From NCBI RefSeq assembly GCF_006345805.1, contig NC_043014.1, positions 52,452,001 to 52,516,000 of the forward strand: 64,000 bases of DNA, in the 5' to 3' direction. The translations under genes and the position numbers were made by a program. The notes under the pieces were generated by a model. It saw nothing but the letters and a program-made list of their open reading frames with translations, did no database searches and was not told the origin of the DNA. Positions 38,947 through 50,473 of the stretch are shown piece by piece (within the stretch, counting starts at the first letter, position 1; each line of letters opens with the position of its first letter). The DNA is from Octopus sinensis. Taxonomy: Eukaryota.

Positions 38947-39349
38947 TGTATGTATGTATGTATGTATGTATATTTTAATATATATATATATATAATATAA
39001 TATATATATATATATGTGTGTGTGTGTGCGTGCGTGAAACGGAGCTGAAAATGGTGAAGAGCATGTGATAAAATCTTGGTAAATCAAATTCTTGATTGAC
39101 ACTGATAGACTTATAGAATGTCCTCCGTGCATAGAATTTCACCTGTATTAACGACAACTTGTTAAACAGGTATTTGTTTATATTTTTCTTATTTCTTTTT
39201 TTCTTGTCCTTCTCTCTCTCTCTTTTTATTTTAGTTTCCAATCAGACTTGAAAAGAATTGGTGACGGAATCAGAAAAAGAAATAGGACCTTAGAAGTCCC
39301 TTATGATGTCTTGGATCCTGCCAACATTCCTAATTCTATCAGTATTTGA
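20502..39349 (+). CDS. LOX-A: lipoxygenase (PLAT + catalytic domain; arachidonate-LOX / AOS-LOX LOX-domain-like), 15 coding exons, 669 aa
   Basis: Manual splicing gives join(20502-20987,22478-22522,23381-23509,24080-24177,25664-25796,27434-27529,29304-29400,30691-30808,31784-31876,34429-34489,35212-35317,36359-36444,37329-37511,38381-38544,39235-39349) = 2010 nt. All introns are GT-AG, phases are consistent and there is no internal stop. LOX motifs: [44 protein letters not shown]-terminal PNSISI*. Confidence 0.95.
21018..21378 (+). mobile_element. non-autonomous Helitron-like element (LOX-A intron 1)
   Basis: TC...start, 3' GC hairpin cccgagcaacgccggg, then CTAG|T; homologous copy at 58044-58433. 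Confidence 0.7.
22478..22522 (+). CDS. LOX-A exon 2 (45 nt, [15 protein letters not shown])
   Basis: tgaacAG / GTAAG boundaries, phase 0/0, LPxDExF LOX motif. Confidence 0.9.
22562..22781 (+). repeat. TA-tract-associated foldback element with perfect 74-bp inverted arms (22629-22702 / 22708-22781)
   Basis: Arms are exact reverse complements; sibling at 55186-55411. Confidence 0.9.
23381..23509 (+). CDS. LOX-A exon 3 (KLLFTTK...GITKPK)
   Basis: tttcAG / GTAAG; 129 nt, same size as LOX-B exon 3. Confidence 0.92.
23842..24058 (+). mobile_element. SINE family B abutting the LOX-A exon 4 acceptor
   Basis: Family B similarity. Confidence 0.88.
24080..24177 (+). CDS. LOX-A exon 4 ([21 protein letters not shown]...)
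   Basis: cacAG / GTAAG; [17 protein letters not shown] LOX motif. Confidence 0.95.
25664..25796 (+). CDS. LOX-A exon 5 ([12 protein letters not shown]...[10 protein letters not shown]...RFD)
   Basis: cttgtAG / GTAAG; 133 nt. Confidence 0.95.
25899..26130 (-). mobile_element. SINE family B
   Basis: Family B similarity. Confidence 0.9.
26258..26486 (+). mobile_element. SINE family B
   Basis: Inverted relative to 25899-26130. Confidence 0.9.
27145..27355 (-). mobile_element. second hammerhead-like (Penelope-type) repeat family, copy 1
   Basis: CUGUAGA-A-GAGC guag GCUC-GAA-ACGU-A; near-identical copy at 49482-49672. Confidence 0.55.
27434..27529 (+). CDS. LOX-A exon 6 (VCVPIALF...PIAIQL...NP)
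   Basis: ttccAG / GTAAG; PIAIQL motif. Confidence 0.95.
27887..28142 (+). mobile_element. SINE family C (tRNA-like head ggcgcaatggcccagtggttagggcagcggactcgcgg)
   Basis: A/B boxes; related heads at about 29047-29205(-), 43119-43266(+), 61697-62004(-), 63078-63229(-). Confidence 0.8.
28628..29041 (-). mobile_element. SINE family A
   Basis: Family A similarity. Confidence 0.82.
29304..29400 (+). CDS. LOX-A exon 7 (VFLPTDD...[22 protein letters not shown])
   Basis: ttgaAG / GTATAG; first iron-ligand His. Confidence 0.95.
29950..30182 (-). mobile_element. SINE family B
   Basis: Family B similarity. Confidence 0.85.
30691..30808 (+). CDS. LOX-A exon 8 ([11 protein letters not shown]...[11 protein letters not shown]...AIN)
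   Basis: ttgcAG / GTGAG; second iron-ligand His. Confidence 0.95.
31064..31504 (-). mobile_element. SINE family A
   Basis: Family A similarity. Confidence 0.88.
31784..31876 (+). CDS. LOX-A exon 9 ([30 protein letters not shown])
   Basis: tttgtAG / GTAAG; 93 nt, phase 2/2, matches LOX-B exon 9 size. Confidence 0.9.
32010..32300 (-). mobile_element. CR1/L2-type LINE 3' fragment (LOX-A intron 9)
   Basis: [13 protein letters not shown]...FKIKLD...VPDEP...ASNSL C-terminal motif. Confidence 0.75.
33646..33757. repeat. three-copy 37-38 bp tandem repeat
   Basis: gtttgaaggaatttgtccaaagacttcttgaattttg x3. Confidence 0.92.
33954..34183 (-). mobile_element. SINE family B
   Basis: Family B similarity. 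Confidence 0.88.
34429..34489 (+). CDS. LOX-A exon 10 ([20 protein letters not shown])
   Basis: tttatAG / GTAAG; 61 nt. Confidence 0.92.
35212..35317 (+). CDS. LOX-A exon 11 ([15 protein letters not shown]...IDIYY)
   Basis: tttcAG / GTAATT; LPxYYYRDD motif. Confidence 0.95.
35433..35563 (-). pseudogene. 28S rRNA fragment (~130 bp) in LOX-A intron 11
   Basis: Minus strand reads ...GTAGGAGGGCACCGCGG...GGGTGCAGATCTCGGAGGTAGTAGCAAATATTCGAACGA. This matches the conserved eukaryotic LSU segment GGTGCAGATCTTGGTGGTAGTAGCAAATATTCAAACGAG. It is a GC-rich island in an AT-rich intron. Confidence 0.88.
36359..36444 (+). CDS. LOX-A exon 12 ([14 protein letters not shown]...GGVQ)
   Basis: attcAG / GTAAAT; DxEIQxW motif. 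Confidence 0.93.
37329..37511 (+). CDS. LOX-A exon 13 (GLPMKDG...[16 protein letters not shown]...KDK)
   Basis: ttacAG / GTAAG; HAAVN iron ligands. Confidence 0.96.
37725..38141 (-). mobile_element. SINE family A
   Basis: Family A similarity. Confidence 0.88.
38381..38544 (+). CDS. LOX-A exon 14 (RPKTEKDII...[12 protein letters not shown]...)
   Basis: ctctAG / GTAAGT; 164 nt. Confidence 0.94.
39235..39349 (+). CDS. LOX-A exon 15 (FQSDL...[16 protein letters not shown])
   Basis: ttttAG acceptor; canonical LOX C-terminal Ile iron ligand; TGA 39347-39349. Confidence 0.96.
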
Positions 39350-39372
39350 ATACATACATACATACATACATG

Positions 39373-39409
<37 letters not shown>

Positions 39410-40044
39410 CACACACACAACACACACACACACACATACATATATATATAAATGTGACCTCGTGTGTAACGTTGGCGATTTTTTTTCATCTGTCTTCCCT
39501 TCTCTGGATCTTTCCTTCTCCTATGTTTCCGACGAAGAGCTCGAAACGTTAAACCCTCCTTCTTTCCTTCTTTCCTGAGCGTCCAATAATACTATATTTG
39601 TTCCACGTCCTTGCGTTGTTGTGTTTTTTTTTGTGCTTTCTTGTTTGGATTAACTTTAACTATATATATATATATATACTCTTTACTCTTTTACTCTTTT
39701 ACTTGTTTCAGTCATTTGACTGCGGCCATGCTGGAGCACCGCCTTTAGTCGAGCAAATCGACCCCGGGACTTATTCTTTGTAAGCCCAGTACTTATTCTA
39801 TCGGTCTCTTTTGCCGAACCGCTATAAATTAATAATAAAATATTAGGGAATAAATCCAAACTTACAGGGAAAAATCAGATTTAGGATTAAATCTAATTTT
39901 ATAGTAAAATATATTATATTATATTGTATTATATCAAATTAGAGATAAAACCACTATTAGGCAAATCAAACAATGAAAAACATAAGCCAATACATAAAAT
40001 TAATTAATTAATATTATTTTAAATATATATCAAAAGTATTAAAA

Positions 40045-40082
<38 letters not shown>

Positions 40083-40473
40083 CCTACAGAGAGAGAGAGA
40101 AAGAAAGAGACCCTGTGCTCATACACTATTGCTCATATATATATAACCCCCAGCTAGGAAGTATAACTTGCAGGTTATATAATATATTAATGTTAAAGAA
40201 ATTATATAATATTTTCATTATTTCTGGTTTTTACGGGTGTTTTCCGAACTTAAGATGTTACAATCGAAATATTTTTGTTTATTTCATGCATTTAAACAAT
40301 TTATACGCTTGCTTTTATACAATTATTCAATATTGCGATGCTCCAGCATGGCTACAGAATCTGCCTGAAAACGATGAGAGAATAATAAAATCTACCGATA
40401 GGTCTTTTACTATTCCTCACTTATAGTTTTCTTTTAGCACCACATACTACACACAGACACACGCACACACACA

Positions 40474-40546
<73 letters not shown>

Positions 40547-41809
40547 ATATATATATATAGCTTGGGGTATAAGACCCCAAGCTATTTTGTGCCTTGCCAA
40601 GACATCTGGAGTAAGGTTTGATGTTTTAAAGGATCAACTTGATCTCCTGGTATCCAAGGTCCCCGACGAACCTATATCACGGCAAGAAATCCAAAAGAGG
40701 GCAGCTGTATCGAACTCTCTCCTTCACCAAACGCCAGTCACGTAAGGTTGGACATTGAAAAGATAACTACGCTGGCGATGCTCCTGCATGGCCACATGCT
40801 TAAGACTGAAACGTATAAAAGAATAAAAGATTATATATAGTAAGCTATTGTACTCATATTATACATCTCTGTATTATTAGCAAATAAAACCGTTTTTGTT
40901 TTTATGTCTCTTTGTGTTTTGACTTACGTATTTCAAATGTTCGTTGAAAACAATAGTAATGTGTTGTAGTGAAAATAGTTCACCCCCTCTCACATGACAA
41001 AGTGGTATGATCTAGCCACTATAACTGTTTTTGCCTCCTCCGCCATCGCTTAACAACCAATACTGGTCCAAGTGTCTTAAAACGCAATAAGGCCGGTGAT
41101 AATTAAGAAGTATTCATCTTAAAATATTATGGCCGTGCGAGTTGTCTTCTTTCGTTTGATAGCTAGGTTTTCCAATTTTGAAGTAAAAATTTCCGAAAAT
41201 GTGGTCAACTCCCCACGACTTCCGTCCTGGAGTTCAGGTAGCCTCCTGGTTCATGTGAGTTCATAAGGATTATATAACTTTCTGCCATACACATTTACAT
41301 AGTCTTGTTCCATATCGATAGGGTTCAGAAATTTTCCAGTAATTTGCACCAAGTAAAAGTAGCCTCAAACAGAAGCGGCACAAATATCAGGAACATCAAT
41401 GCCAACACTGGAACACACATTAAAACTTATGTCGGATCATGTGAATATCTAAATTTAAAATTTGCCTGAACAAACAGATCTTCTTTCAGGGTCCGGAGAG
41501 ACGCAACACAACGTCATTCGCAACATACGTATGGCACCTAAAGGACGATCATACGCCCTTTAACATCAGGTTGAAATCACATATATATATGATGAGGTCA
41601 CAGAAGTGTGACGAAAGAATTCTGGCCGAAATAAGATAAGATTAATGTAAAAAATAAACGAAGCTGAAGCAAATAAGCACCAAATATAAAGTGAGTATGT
41701 TTTTATTGGCTAAACTGGCAACATGGTCAATCCTAAATACACACACACACACACCACACACACATCCTGTACATACACAGTTATATGTGTGTATATATAT
41801 ATAATATAT

Positions 41810-41848
<39 letters not shown>

Positions 41849-41852
<4 letters not shown>

Positions 41853-42079
41853 CTTTACTACCCACAAGGGCTAAACAACAGAGAGGACAAACAAGGACAA
41901 ACAAAGGGAGTAAGTCAATTACATTGGCCCCAGTGCGAAACTGGTACTTTATTTATCGACCCCGAAAGGATGAAAGATAAAGTCGACCTCGGCGGAATTT
42001 GAACTCAGAACATAACGACAGACGAAATACCGCTAAGCACTTCGCCCGGCGCGCTAACGTTTCTGCCAGCTCGCCGCCT
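41849..42079 (-). mobile_element. SINE family B
   Basis: Family B similarity. Confidence 0.85.
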
Positions 42080-43868
42080 ATATATATATATAGGGAAAAA
42101 TCAGAGAGGGCAACATAGAAAACGCGGAAGGTTAACAAAAAAAAAGAAAAAAATTGAAAACTAAAAACGGAAAACGAAAACATAAAATCTAAAATGTAAA
42201 ACTTGATTGCGAAGGAAGCTTCTTACCACACAAGCACGCCTGTAAATTTTTCAATAATTTTATCCGAATAACAAAGATAGTCCAGTCTATCGCTCGTCTT
42301 ACGATATATAACATTTAACTATATATATTTTTTAATTTTATCGATATTTTGTAAAAGCATTTTGCGAAGTCATTGACTCCAAAACTAAAAACCGAATAAA
42401 ATCATGTCAAGGGAAATAACTCTCAATATCAAGGGAATAAATTACGTAAGTACCAATTGAAAACATGGGAGACAACTCTATCCTCAAATCGTTGATCCTG
42501 GCTCGGAAGAAATTTTTTAGAAGTTAACTTTGAAAAAGCAATCTCTCTTTCTTTTTTTCTTTTTTTTCTCTCTTTCTTTTTTTAGTTTCAGCTCAGAGCT
42601 GCGGCCATGCTGAGGCACCACCGTTTATCTGTCTAAAATCGCGACTAATTTTGCGTAGTTGCGTGTTCTTTAAGTTCTCGGTTGTTTAAATCATTAAGAA
42701 ATTCTTTGTATATCCTTAAAATCCTTTAAAATGTTTTAGCCCGATGGCCGCGGCCATGCTGGGGCACCGTTTAAAATGTCCGTAGTTTCGGGTTCGGTTC
42801 TACAGTGCGGCACCCAGAGCAAATGTTTTTCTATTGTGTCCCCGGGCTAAATATTTGTTGCAAGATGATGAGTGAATTTGGTAGACGGAGACTGTGGAAG
42901 TCCGTTGTTTGTGCGCTTATGTGTGTATGTGAATGTGTGCTTATGTGTGTGTGTGTGTGTGGTGTGTGTGTGTGTGTGTGTGTGTGTTTGTATGAATGCG
43001 CGCGAGTGTGTGTGTGAGTGCATATGCGTGTGTATCCCATATGTGTGTAACGCTTTATGTCCTACGTTGGTTTGTTTACATCCCACTAATCCTTTGGTTT
43101 GACAGAAAGAGTCAAACAGGTGGAGGCGCAATGGCCCCGCGGTCGTAGGACCGCGGTTTCGATTCCCAGACCGGGCGTTGTGAGTGTTTATTGCGCGAAA
43201 ATACCTAAAGCTCCACGAGGCTCCGGCAGGGAGTGGTTGCGATCTCTTCTGTACTCTTTTGCCACACAAAAAAAAAAAAAAAAATGCGGCGAGCTGGCAG
43301 AAACGTTAAGCACGCCGGTCGAAATGCGTAGCCCTATTTCGTCTGCCGTTACGTTTTGAGTTCAAATTCCGCCGAGGTCGACTTTGACTTTCATCTTTTC
43401 GGAGTCAATGAAATAAAATAGCAGTGTAGTACCAGGTCTGGTTTTATTGATTTTCCACTGCCTTTGAAACTGTTGGCAAAAATGGTTTGTCAATCTATGA
43501 CTTCTGTAATTAACAGCTATTGTGCTGTCATCTGTCGTTATAAAACAATAATTTTTTTACATTGGCGACAGGGTTGATAATAAAAGGGAGACAAGCAGTG
43601 AGAAGTAGACGTGACATGTTTCAGTAATCTCTCGGAGGAGGCTATTCAGTTACCAAGGTGAAAATGTGAGTTTGAAAATTTTCGGGTCAATTTTGTAGCA
43701 ATATCATCGACACCAACTTTTTCAACGCTCTCAGAACGGAAGCTGACGTAACAACAGCAAGAACCATAGTAACACCAAGGGGACTCGCAGCTGCAACAAC
43801 AACAAAGCCTCCACAACCACCATCTTCATGTGGGTGACAAGGATTACAACAACAAGTAGCATTACCTA

Positions 43869-44290
43869 CTTCTTTACTACCCACAAGGGGCTAAACACAG
43901 AGAGGACAAACAAGGACAGACAAACGGATTAAGTCGATTATATCGACCCCAGTGCGTAACTGGTACTTGATTTAATCTATCCCGAAAGGATAAAAGGCAA
44001 AGTGGACCTCGGCGGAATTTGAACTCAGAACGTAACGGCAGACGAAATACTGCTAAGTACTTCGCCCGGCGTGCTAACGTTTCTGCCAGTTCGTCGCTAT
44101 AAAAGAAAAAAAACCTTTCAAGGCGGTACTCCAGTATGGCAACGGCTAAACACAGAGGGGACAAACAAGGACAGGCAAACGGATTAAGTCGATTATATCA
44201 ACCCCAGTGCGTAACTGGTACTTTATTTAATCGATCCCGAAAGGATGAAAGGCAAAGTTGACCACGGCGGAATTTGAACTCAGAACGTAG
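43869..44290 (-). mobile_element. SINE family B plus tandem partial copy
   Basis: Family B similarity. Confidence 0.85.
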
Positions 44291-45612
44291 CATTACCACC
44301 ACCATAACCACCACCACCACCACCACCAATAAACGTCATGTTTTTACCACAAAAGTTTTAAATCGCTGTCGTTTCCAAGATAAAAACGGATTTTCTTATT
44401 CCAGCAAATGAAGAAGTATTCTTGGGAAAGGATTTTTGCAGAGATTTATGACGGAATTATAAACAGAGAATTATAAACATTTTAAGACGTCCAACTAATC
44501 TATAACAATTTCAAATGATTTAACCAGAGATCACAGAATTTTACCACTTGGATTCCTTGCTTTCATCGAGAATAAAAGAATAAAAGAATAAACGTTTTGA
44601 AAACAATAACACCAAGCATACTGTAAGAGAGAAATAATATTTTATTTCTTTGCTATATTTAATGCACAGCTGTATAACATAAGCACAACATCTTACTGTT
44701 AGCAATAGTTATAAATCTTGTAATTCTTCGCTTAACAAAGCTGGTTGCTCGCATATAAAATACATAAATTTATATTGAAACATTTTACCATATTTTACAT
44801 CTCGTTCAGAGATTTATTATTGCTTGCAGACAGTTTTTCGAAATCAGTGACGGAAGTTACTAGAAAAACAATAAGTATTTGCAAACAGGTCTCCCTTTCA
44901 TCGTAAACCGGTGACTGCCGTACGCCGAAGACAGGCAAATACCTAGAAACTGCAGTCCGTGCGTGTCACTTAGGTTTACGAGAGAGGGATGCCCCCCCTT
45001 GCAAATACCATAAGGGCATAGAAAGTGTGCCTAAAGCCAGCTGGAGACGATGATCTGGGGCTAAAAGCTACAGTAACACCCACCCTTAGTGGTTAGCCAT
45101 ATTGAGATGGCTAGTATACTTTACAAACAACATTTTCATATGTTTAATATAATTCAATTTATATGTTTAATTTAATTCAAAAGAAATTGACCCATTCAGA
45201 TGAAACTGCAGAAGTAAACTTGAAATGGGAAAAACCGCAATATCATAAAATGAAAAATAAATGGAAGATGTAAACCAGACAGCAACGAGTGAAATAGCTG
45301 GGGATTGCGGACAGCAACTAGAAATCGCGAACTTCAATAAGTTCGTTAACGTTTTAAATGTCATATCAGAAATATTTAGTAAATGGTGTCGCTTGGACAA
45401 ATATTGACTGAGAGATTGGTAAATTATACCAACAATTAACTGAGTGGGGAAACAGACCTATTAACAAAGAAGTTATGAATAGACACAGTTATTCTCTTTC
45501 TTCAGCATAATTGCCGAAGTCTTCCTTCTTAAATCCTAACCTTTTTATATCTCTAAAGTGAGATATCCTCCTCACCATTGCGTGTATATACATACATACA
45601 TACATACATACG

Positions 45613-45700
<88 letters not shown>

Positions 45701-45810
45701 ATATTCGATGCTTTTAATTGTTTTATTGATTTCAGTGTATTCAGGCGTGTTGCAATTATGATGGTAAACGGCTTCCAGAGTATATATATATATATATATA
45801 TTATATATAT

Positions 45811-45925
45811 TCAAATACTGATGGCATTAGGAACGTTCACAGGGTCCAAAACTTCGTAAGGTATATGTAATGTTTTATTTCTTTTTCTGATTTCTTCCCC
45901 AATTTTTTTCAGGTCTGATTGGAAG
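45811..45925 (-). CDS. LOX-B exon 15 (FQSDLKK...VPNAISI*)
   Basis: tttAG acceptor; TGA at 45813-45811. Confidence 0.96.
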
Positions 45926-46414
45926 CTAAAATAGAAACAGAAAGAGTGAAATAGAATAAGTGAAAAAGAAAGGAAATAAGACAATCGTAAGCGGATACAC
46001 GTGATAACGACAATCACTGCAACATACGTTAAATTCATTATGGACGATATATATTTTTAAAAATTATATCCAGATAATAATACTTACTTTGTAATACAAC
46101 CAAGAGCTTTTGGATCATAGATGTAGCGCGTTTCGAAATATCCCAAAGAATTCGTTCCTTTTGAACTTAGCAAATGTGTCACTGATAACACATCGAGGAT
46201 TTGGTCCTTTTCAGGCAGAGCATCAATGATGTCTTTCTCTGTTTTAGGTTCCTGAAACGTAAAATAGTGAAACATTAAAATATAAATAACCGGTAAAAGA
46301 GGAAGTGAAAACGCATTCATCTGGGTAAAGACACTAGAGCTCGTTTGATCTCGACTCATGTGAGCAGAATGATTACTGAATGTGGACTAGCAGCGTAACT
46401 ACAGATATGTTGTA

Positions 46415-46455
<41 letters not shown>

Positions 46456-48213
46456 GCAGAACTATACCCGGGACGTCCTCCCGAGAGAGAACCTGCATAC
46501 AGTTGTATCAGTTATATTTGGGGGTATATTTCAAATGTCTTCGTTCTGGTGCGACCTGCCTGTGTCAACGTACATATTTCATCTTGGATCGTATACAAAA
46601 TCGGCAAGACTTCACAAACAAGTATTTCTCAGTAGCGCCATATTTATTCCTTTCCAGTATTTTCCGTTACCACTGCTATTCATTACCACCTCCGGCACAG
46701 TCTTTTTCCCTTCCAAAAATTCTCCACCTCACACAAGTCTCAAGTCATTCGTTTCCTCACGTTACACATTTTCTTACTTAATCACATCACATTATCAGTT
46801 CATCTCATACTCTCAGATATTCTAATTTTATATCTTATCGTAAATTGTTATATAGAATACATTATCATATATTATCACACACCAGAATGTATTATCACAT
46901 ATTCAGATATAAAATACTAGCGTACATTAACACGTAATAACACATTTCCTTTAACCGAAAAACAAACTTACTTTGTCTTTTAACAGCGGTGTCCTTAGCA
47001 TCGATGGATAGTTTGCAGGGAAACCATATTCTTCATATTGCAGGAAGTTGACAGCGGCGTGTGTCACACTACAGGTGAAGATAATTACGGCTAGAATCCA
47101 TTTTAATTCTTCCTTTGAAGACACGTGACCAATACCATCTTTCATTGGTAAACCCTTTGAAAGATAATAGAAAATATTTCTTATTCAACTATTTTGTATG
47201 AAGCCAACGGATTTAGGAAATTTCTGCGTGATTGACCAAACTGCTAAAATCGATTGCTGAATCTGTTTAAATCACAAACTACAAAAATTTGTATTTTTTG
47301 AAATGTTTTAAACTTCAACGTAGAAAAATATCGAAAAACTATACGTTGCTGTTTTATCAATGATACAACATTATGGAAACAACATTAATAGCACATTTCT
47401 CACAGTACAGTGATAAACAACATTATCAATAGCACATTTCTTACAGTACAGTGGTAGTGGTATAGATTTTCTAAGACCCTGGAGCATTCGATACGTCTCC
47501 TTGTGATGCTCAAGTGTTTTACAGCCCACCTTAGGAGAACCACTGCTCTGCCATCTTAGTAAAAATGAAAGAGCTCATAAGGCAATCACTTCGGATGTGT
47601 GAATAACGCAACAGATCTTATAAACGTGAAACAACCCTAGGAAATGTCTCCAAAGTGTTTGCTATCTCTAAACAACAGCACCAAGTATTTAACCAATATT
47701 AATACGACTTGATGAAAATAGAATATGTTATAAATATCTGAGTTGTTTAGATTCGGTACATCAGCTCTATAGATTAATAGAGAAAAGAACACGAAAGGAG
47801 TTTATATTGTGTAGCACTTGCTCAGTATTTGAGGGACAAGAAACAGAGATATTAAATCAATAAATATTCCTATTTTTCTTTCAGGCATTGTGCATCAAGG
47901 ACAAAATAATGCAATAGGTCATCCCTTCTTAAAACGCGAAGGGTATAAATGTGAGGTTTATTTGGCTTCTATCTTTAGCAGGTCAATCGATTTATAGCGG
48001 CAACAGAATCGTTTTTGTACCATGAACAGATTTGTAAGAACACAAGAACCAATGAAGCTGCATCTTTTTATCTGTTGTTTCCTTCATTGGTCTGGGTCAC
48101 CGCTTTGAAGGAAGAAGTTGAACGAATCACCCACAGAGCACTTGTTTTTAAGAGCGGGACATTATCCGTCAAACCAGTTCTCAAGGGGTGGGGATAAACA
48201 CATACACACGCAC

Positions 48214-48303
<90 letters not shown>

Positions 48304-48648
48304 CATACAATTTGAAAATAGGATAAAATCTTTATAAGAATTTATTAAGTAGTTAGTGTGAAAAACCTCATAAGAGAAAAATCCACCAATTTTTCTCTTA
48401 AATATATTTATTTATATTATATAGGGGGTATTACTATACATAAATACCACACGCTAGGAGTGACTCTTAAAGTCAAAACTACCAAAATAAGTATTTATTG
48501 CTGTATTGCTGTATCTTATCTTGTACAATAGAAATTCAACGCTACCATATAACTTACATCTTACTTGAAATAGTTAAAATATTTTCTGCTGTTACATGCT
48601 GACAAATGTTCTATTCGATATAGGCTATAATTTACACTGTTATAATTT

Positions 48649-48690
<42 letters not shown>

Positions 48691-49415
48691 ATATATATAT
48701 ATTAATATATATATATATATATGAATATTCCGCCAGTGCAATGTGAATCTTAAATTGCGTGACAAATAACCAGTATTTAAAAAAAAAACTATGAGCATTT
48801 CCGTTCATATGTTGTGTAATTGTACCTTTTAATTTAAAATCCAGGTTTGTGTGCTACGCAGAGTTGATGTAGAAAAGAAAATACGAGTGACTGTTTATAA
48901 TACATCATATCACACCTTTTTACGCGTGTTTCATTAACAACGAAGCTATATAATCAGTTCTTACTGTAAAATCGTCAGAAACGTTTCATATGTAACATTA
49001 TTGCATTGAAAAAGAAGACAGGATTCAATATTGTTGAAATGGCAAGGAACCGTAGTAGATTAACTGAGCGAAGTGCTGTATATTGGGGCGAGATTAGCTT
49101 CTCTCTGTTCAGCTCTATTCCCATTTAGTTCATATTTATATACAGCATTTGTTGTAGCTAATCAAATGCAGTTGCTAGCTATGTCCACTGGTGCTGCGAT
49201 TAAGAGTTATGCGCCCCTGACAATTTCACAGAAAGTCTTGATTATGTAATTTACATTATGTGACCAATAGTCGCATTCTGTTAATGAAACATACGTAAGA
49301 CGGTGTAACTAAATACCTTATAAACAATCTTGGGGTTTGTTTTCTATATACATATACATTCATATATACAGATATACGTGTGGACGGGAGAGGCGCGCGC
49401 TTCTGTATATATATA

Positions 49416-49461
<46 letters not shown>

Positions 49462-50148
49462 TATATTATATTATATATATATAGGGAGAGTTTACGAAAA
49501 ATACAAAGAACGAAGAGACAGGTGGTGTACAAAATAAACAGATGTATTAGTATAACGCTCAGGAATAGAAAAAAATCTTTTACGTTTCGAGCCTACGCTC
49601 TTCTGCAGAAAGGGACACAGAAAAAACAAGGAGAGAAAAAAATGTGTAGTGGCTAACGATCTATCATGGCGACATATATATACATACATACATGCATATA
49701 TACATACATACATATATATATTTGTACCCTCCTCATTTAACAAATGGTGTTTGATCCTCGTAAACAAACAATTCATAAAAAGGGACTAACAGAAGTGGCA
49801 CCATATTAAAAGCAAATACTGCAGTCGATTTGTTCAACGACACTGCTCCAGCATGACCGCAATTCAGAGACTGAAACAAGTAAAAATTTATAATGTGAGT
49901 TTTTCAATGTCCCTAGTAAAACATATGAGACAGCAAAACTAGTAACACACTTTCACCGAAGACGGTATTTAGGTTTTGCCAAGTTTTTATGTTCTCCTGG
50001 GTGTTTAAAACAAAGCCCAACCTTGGTATTTGTTTATGCATTAATAGAAGATGAAGGAAACGTGTATCAGATGTCTGTTTAGATGTTAGTGTTGAAAGCG
50101 TTTAAATTTATGGAGTCTGAGGAATGTGGGAGATACACAAGAGAGAGA

Positions 50149-50196
<48 letters not shown>

Positions 50197-50419
50197 ACAT
50201 ACAGACGCATAGCTTGATAGCTTGATAGGTAGGTATGTAAAATGCAATATATATATATATATTTTTGTATGGCTTATGTTTTTCATTGTTTGATTGCCTA
50301 ATAGTGGTTTTATCTCTAATTTAAATATATTAATATTATATATTTATACTAAAATTGGATTTAATCCTAAATCTGATTTTTTCCCTGTAAGTTTGGATTT
50401 ATTCCCTAATATTTTATTA

Positions 50420-50473
<54 letters not shown>

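Noticed and set aside
20502-39349. LOX-A as a pseudogene because of the E-to-Q change
   Set aside because: All 15 exons splice in frame with canonical signals and no stops, and the iron ligands are intact.
40557-40585. 12-bp perfect hairpin as a terminator
   Set aside because: Eukaryotic context; short palindromes next to TA tracts are common here.
43690-43830. Intergenic Thr/Pro-rich ORF (NIIDTNFFNALRTEAD...PPQPPSSCG*) after ttttgtAG
   Set aside because: The candidate upstream donor would leave only a ~33-nt intron; low-complexity ACA repeats explain the composition; no other exons found.
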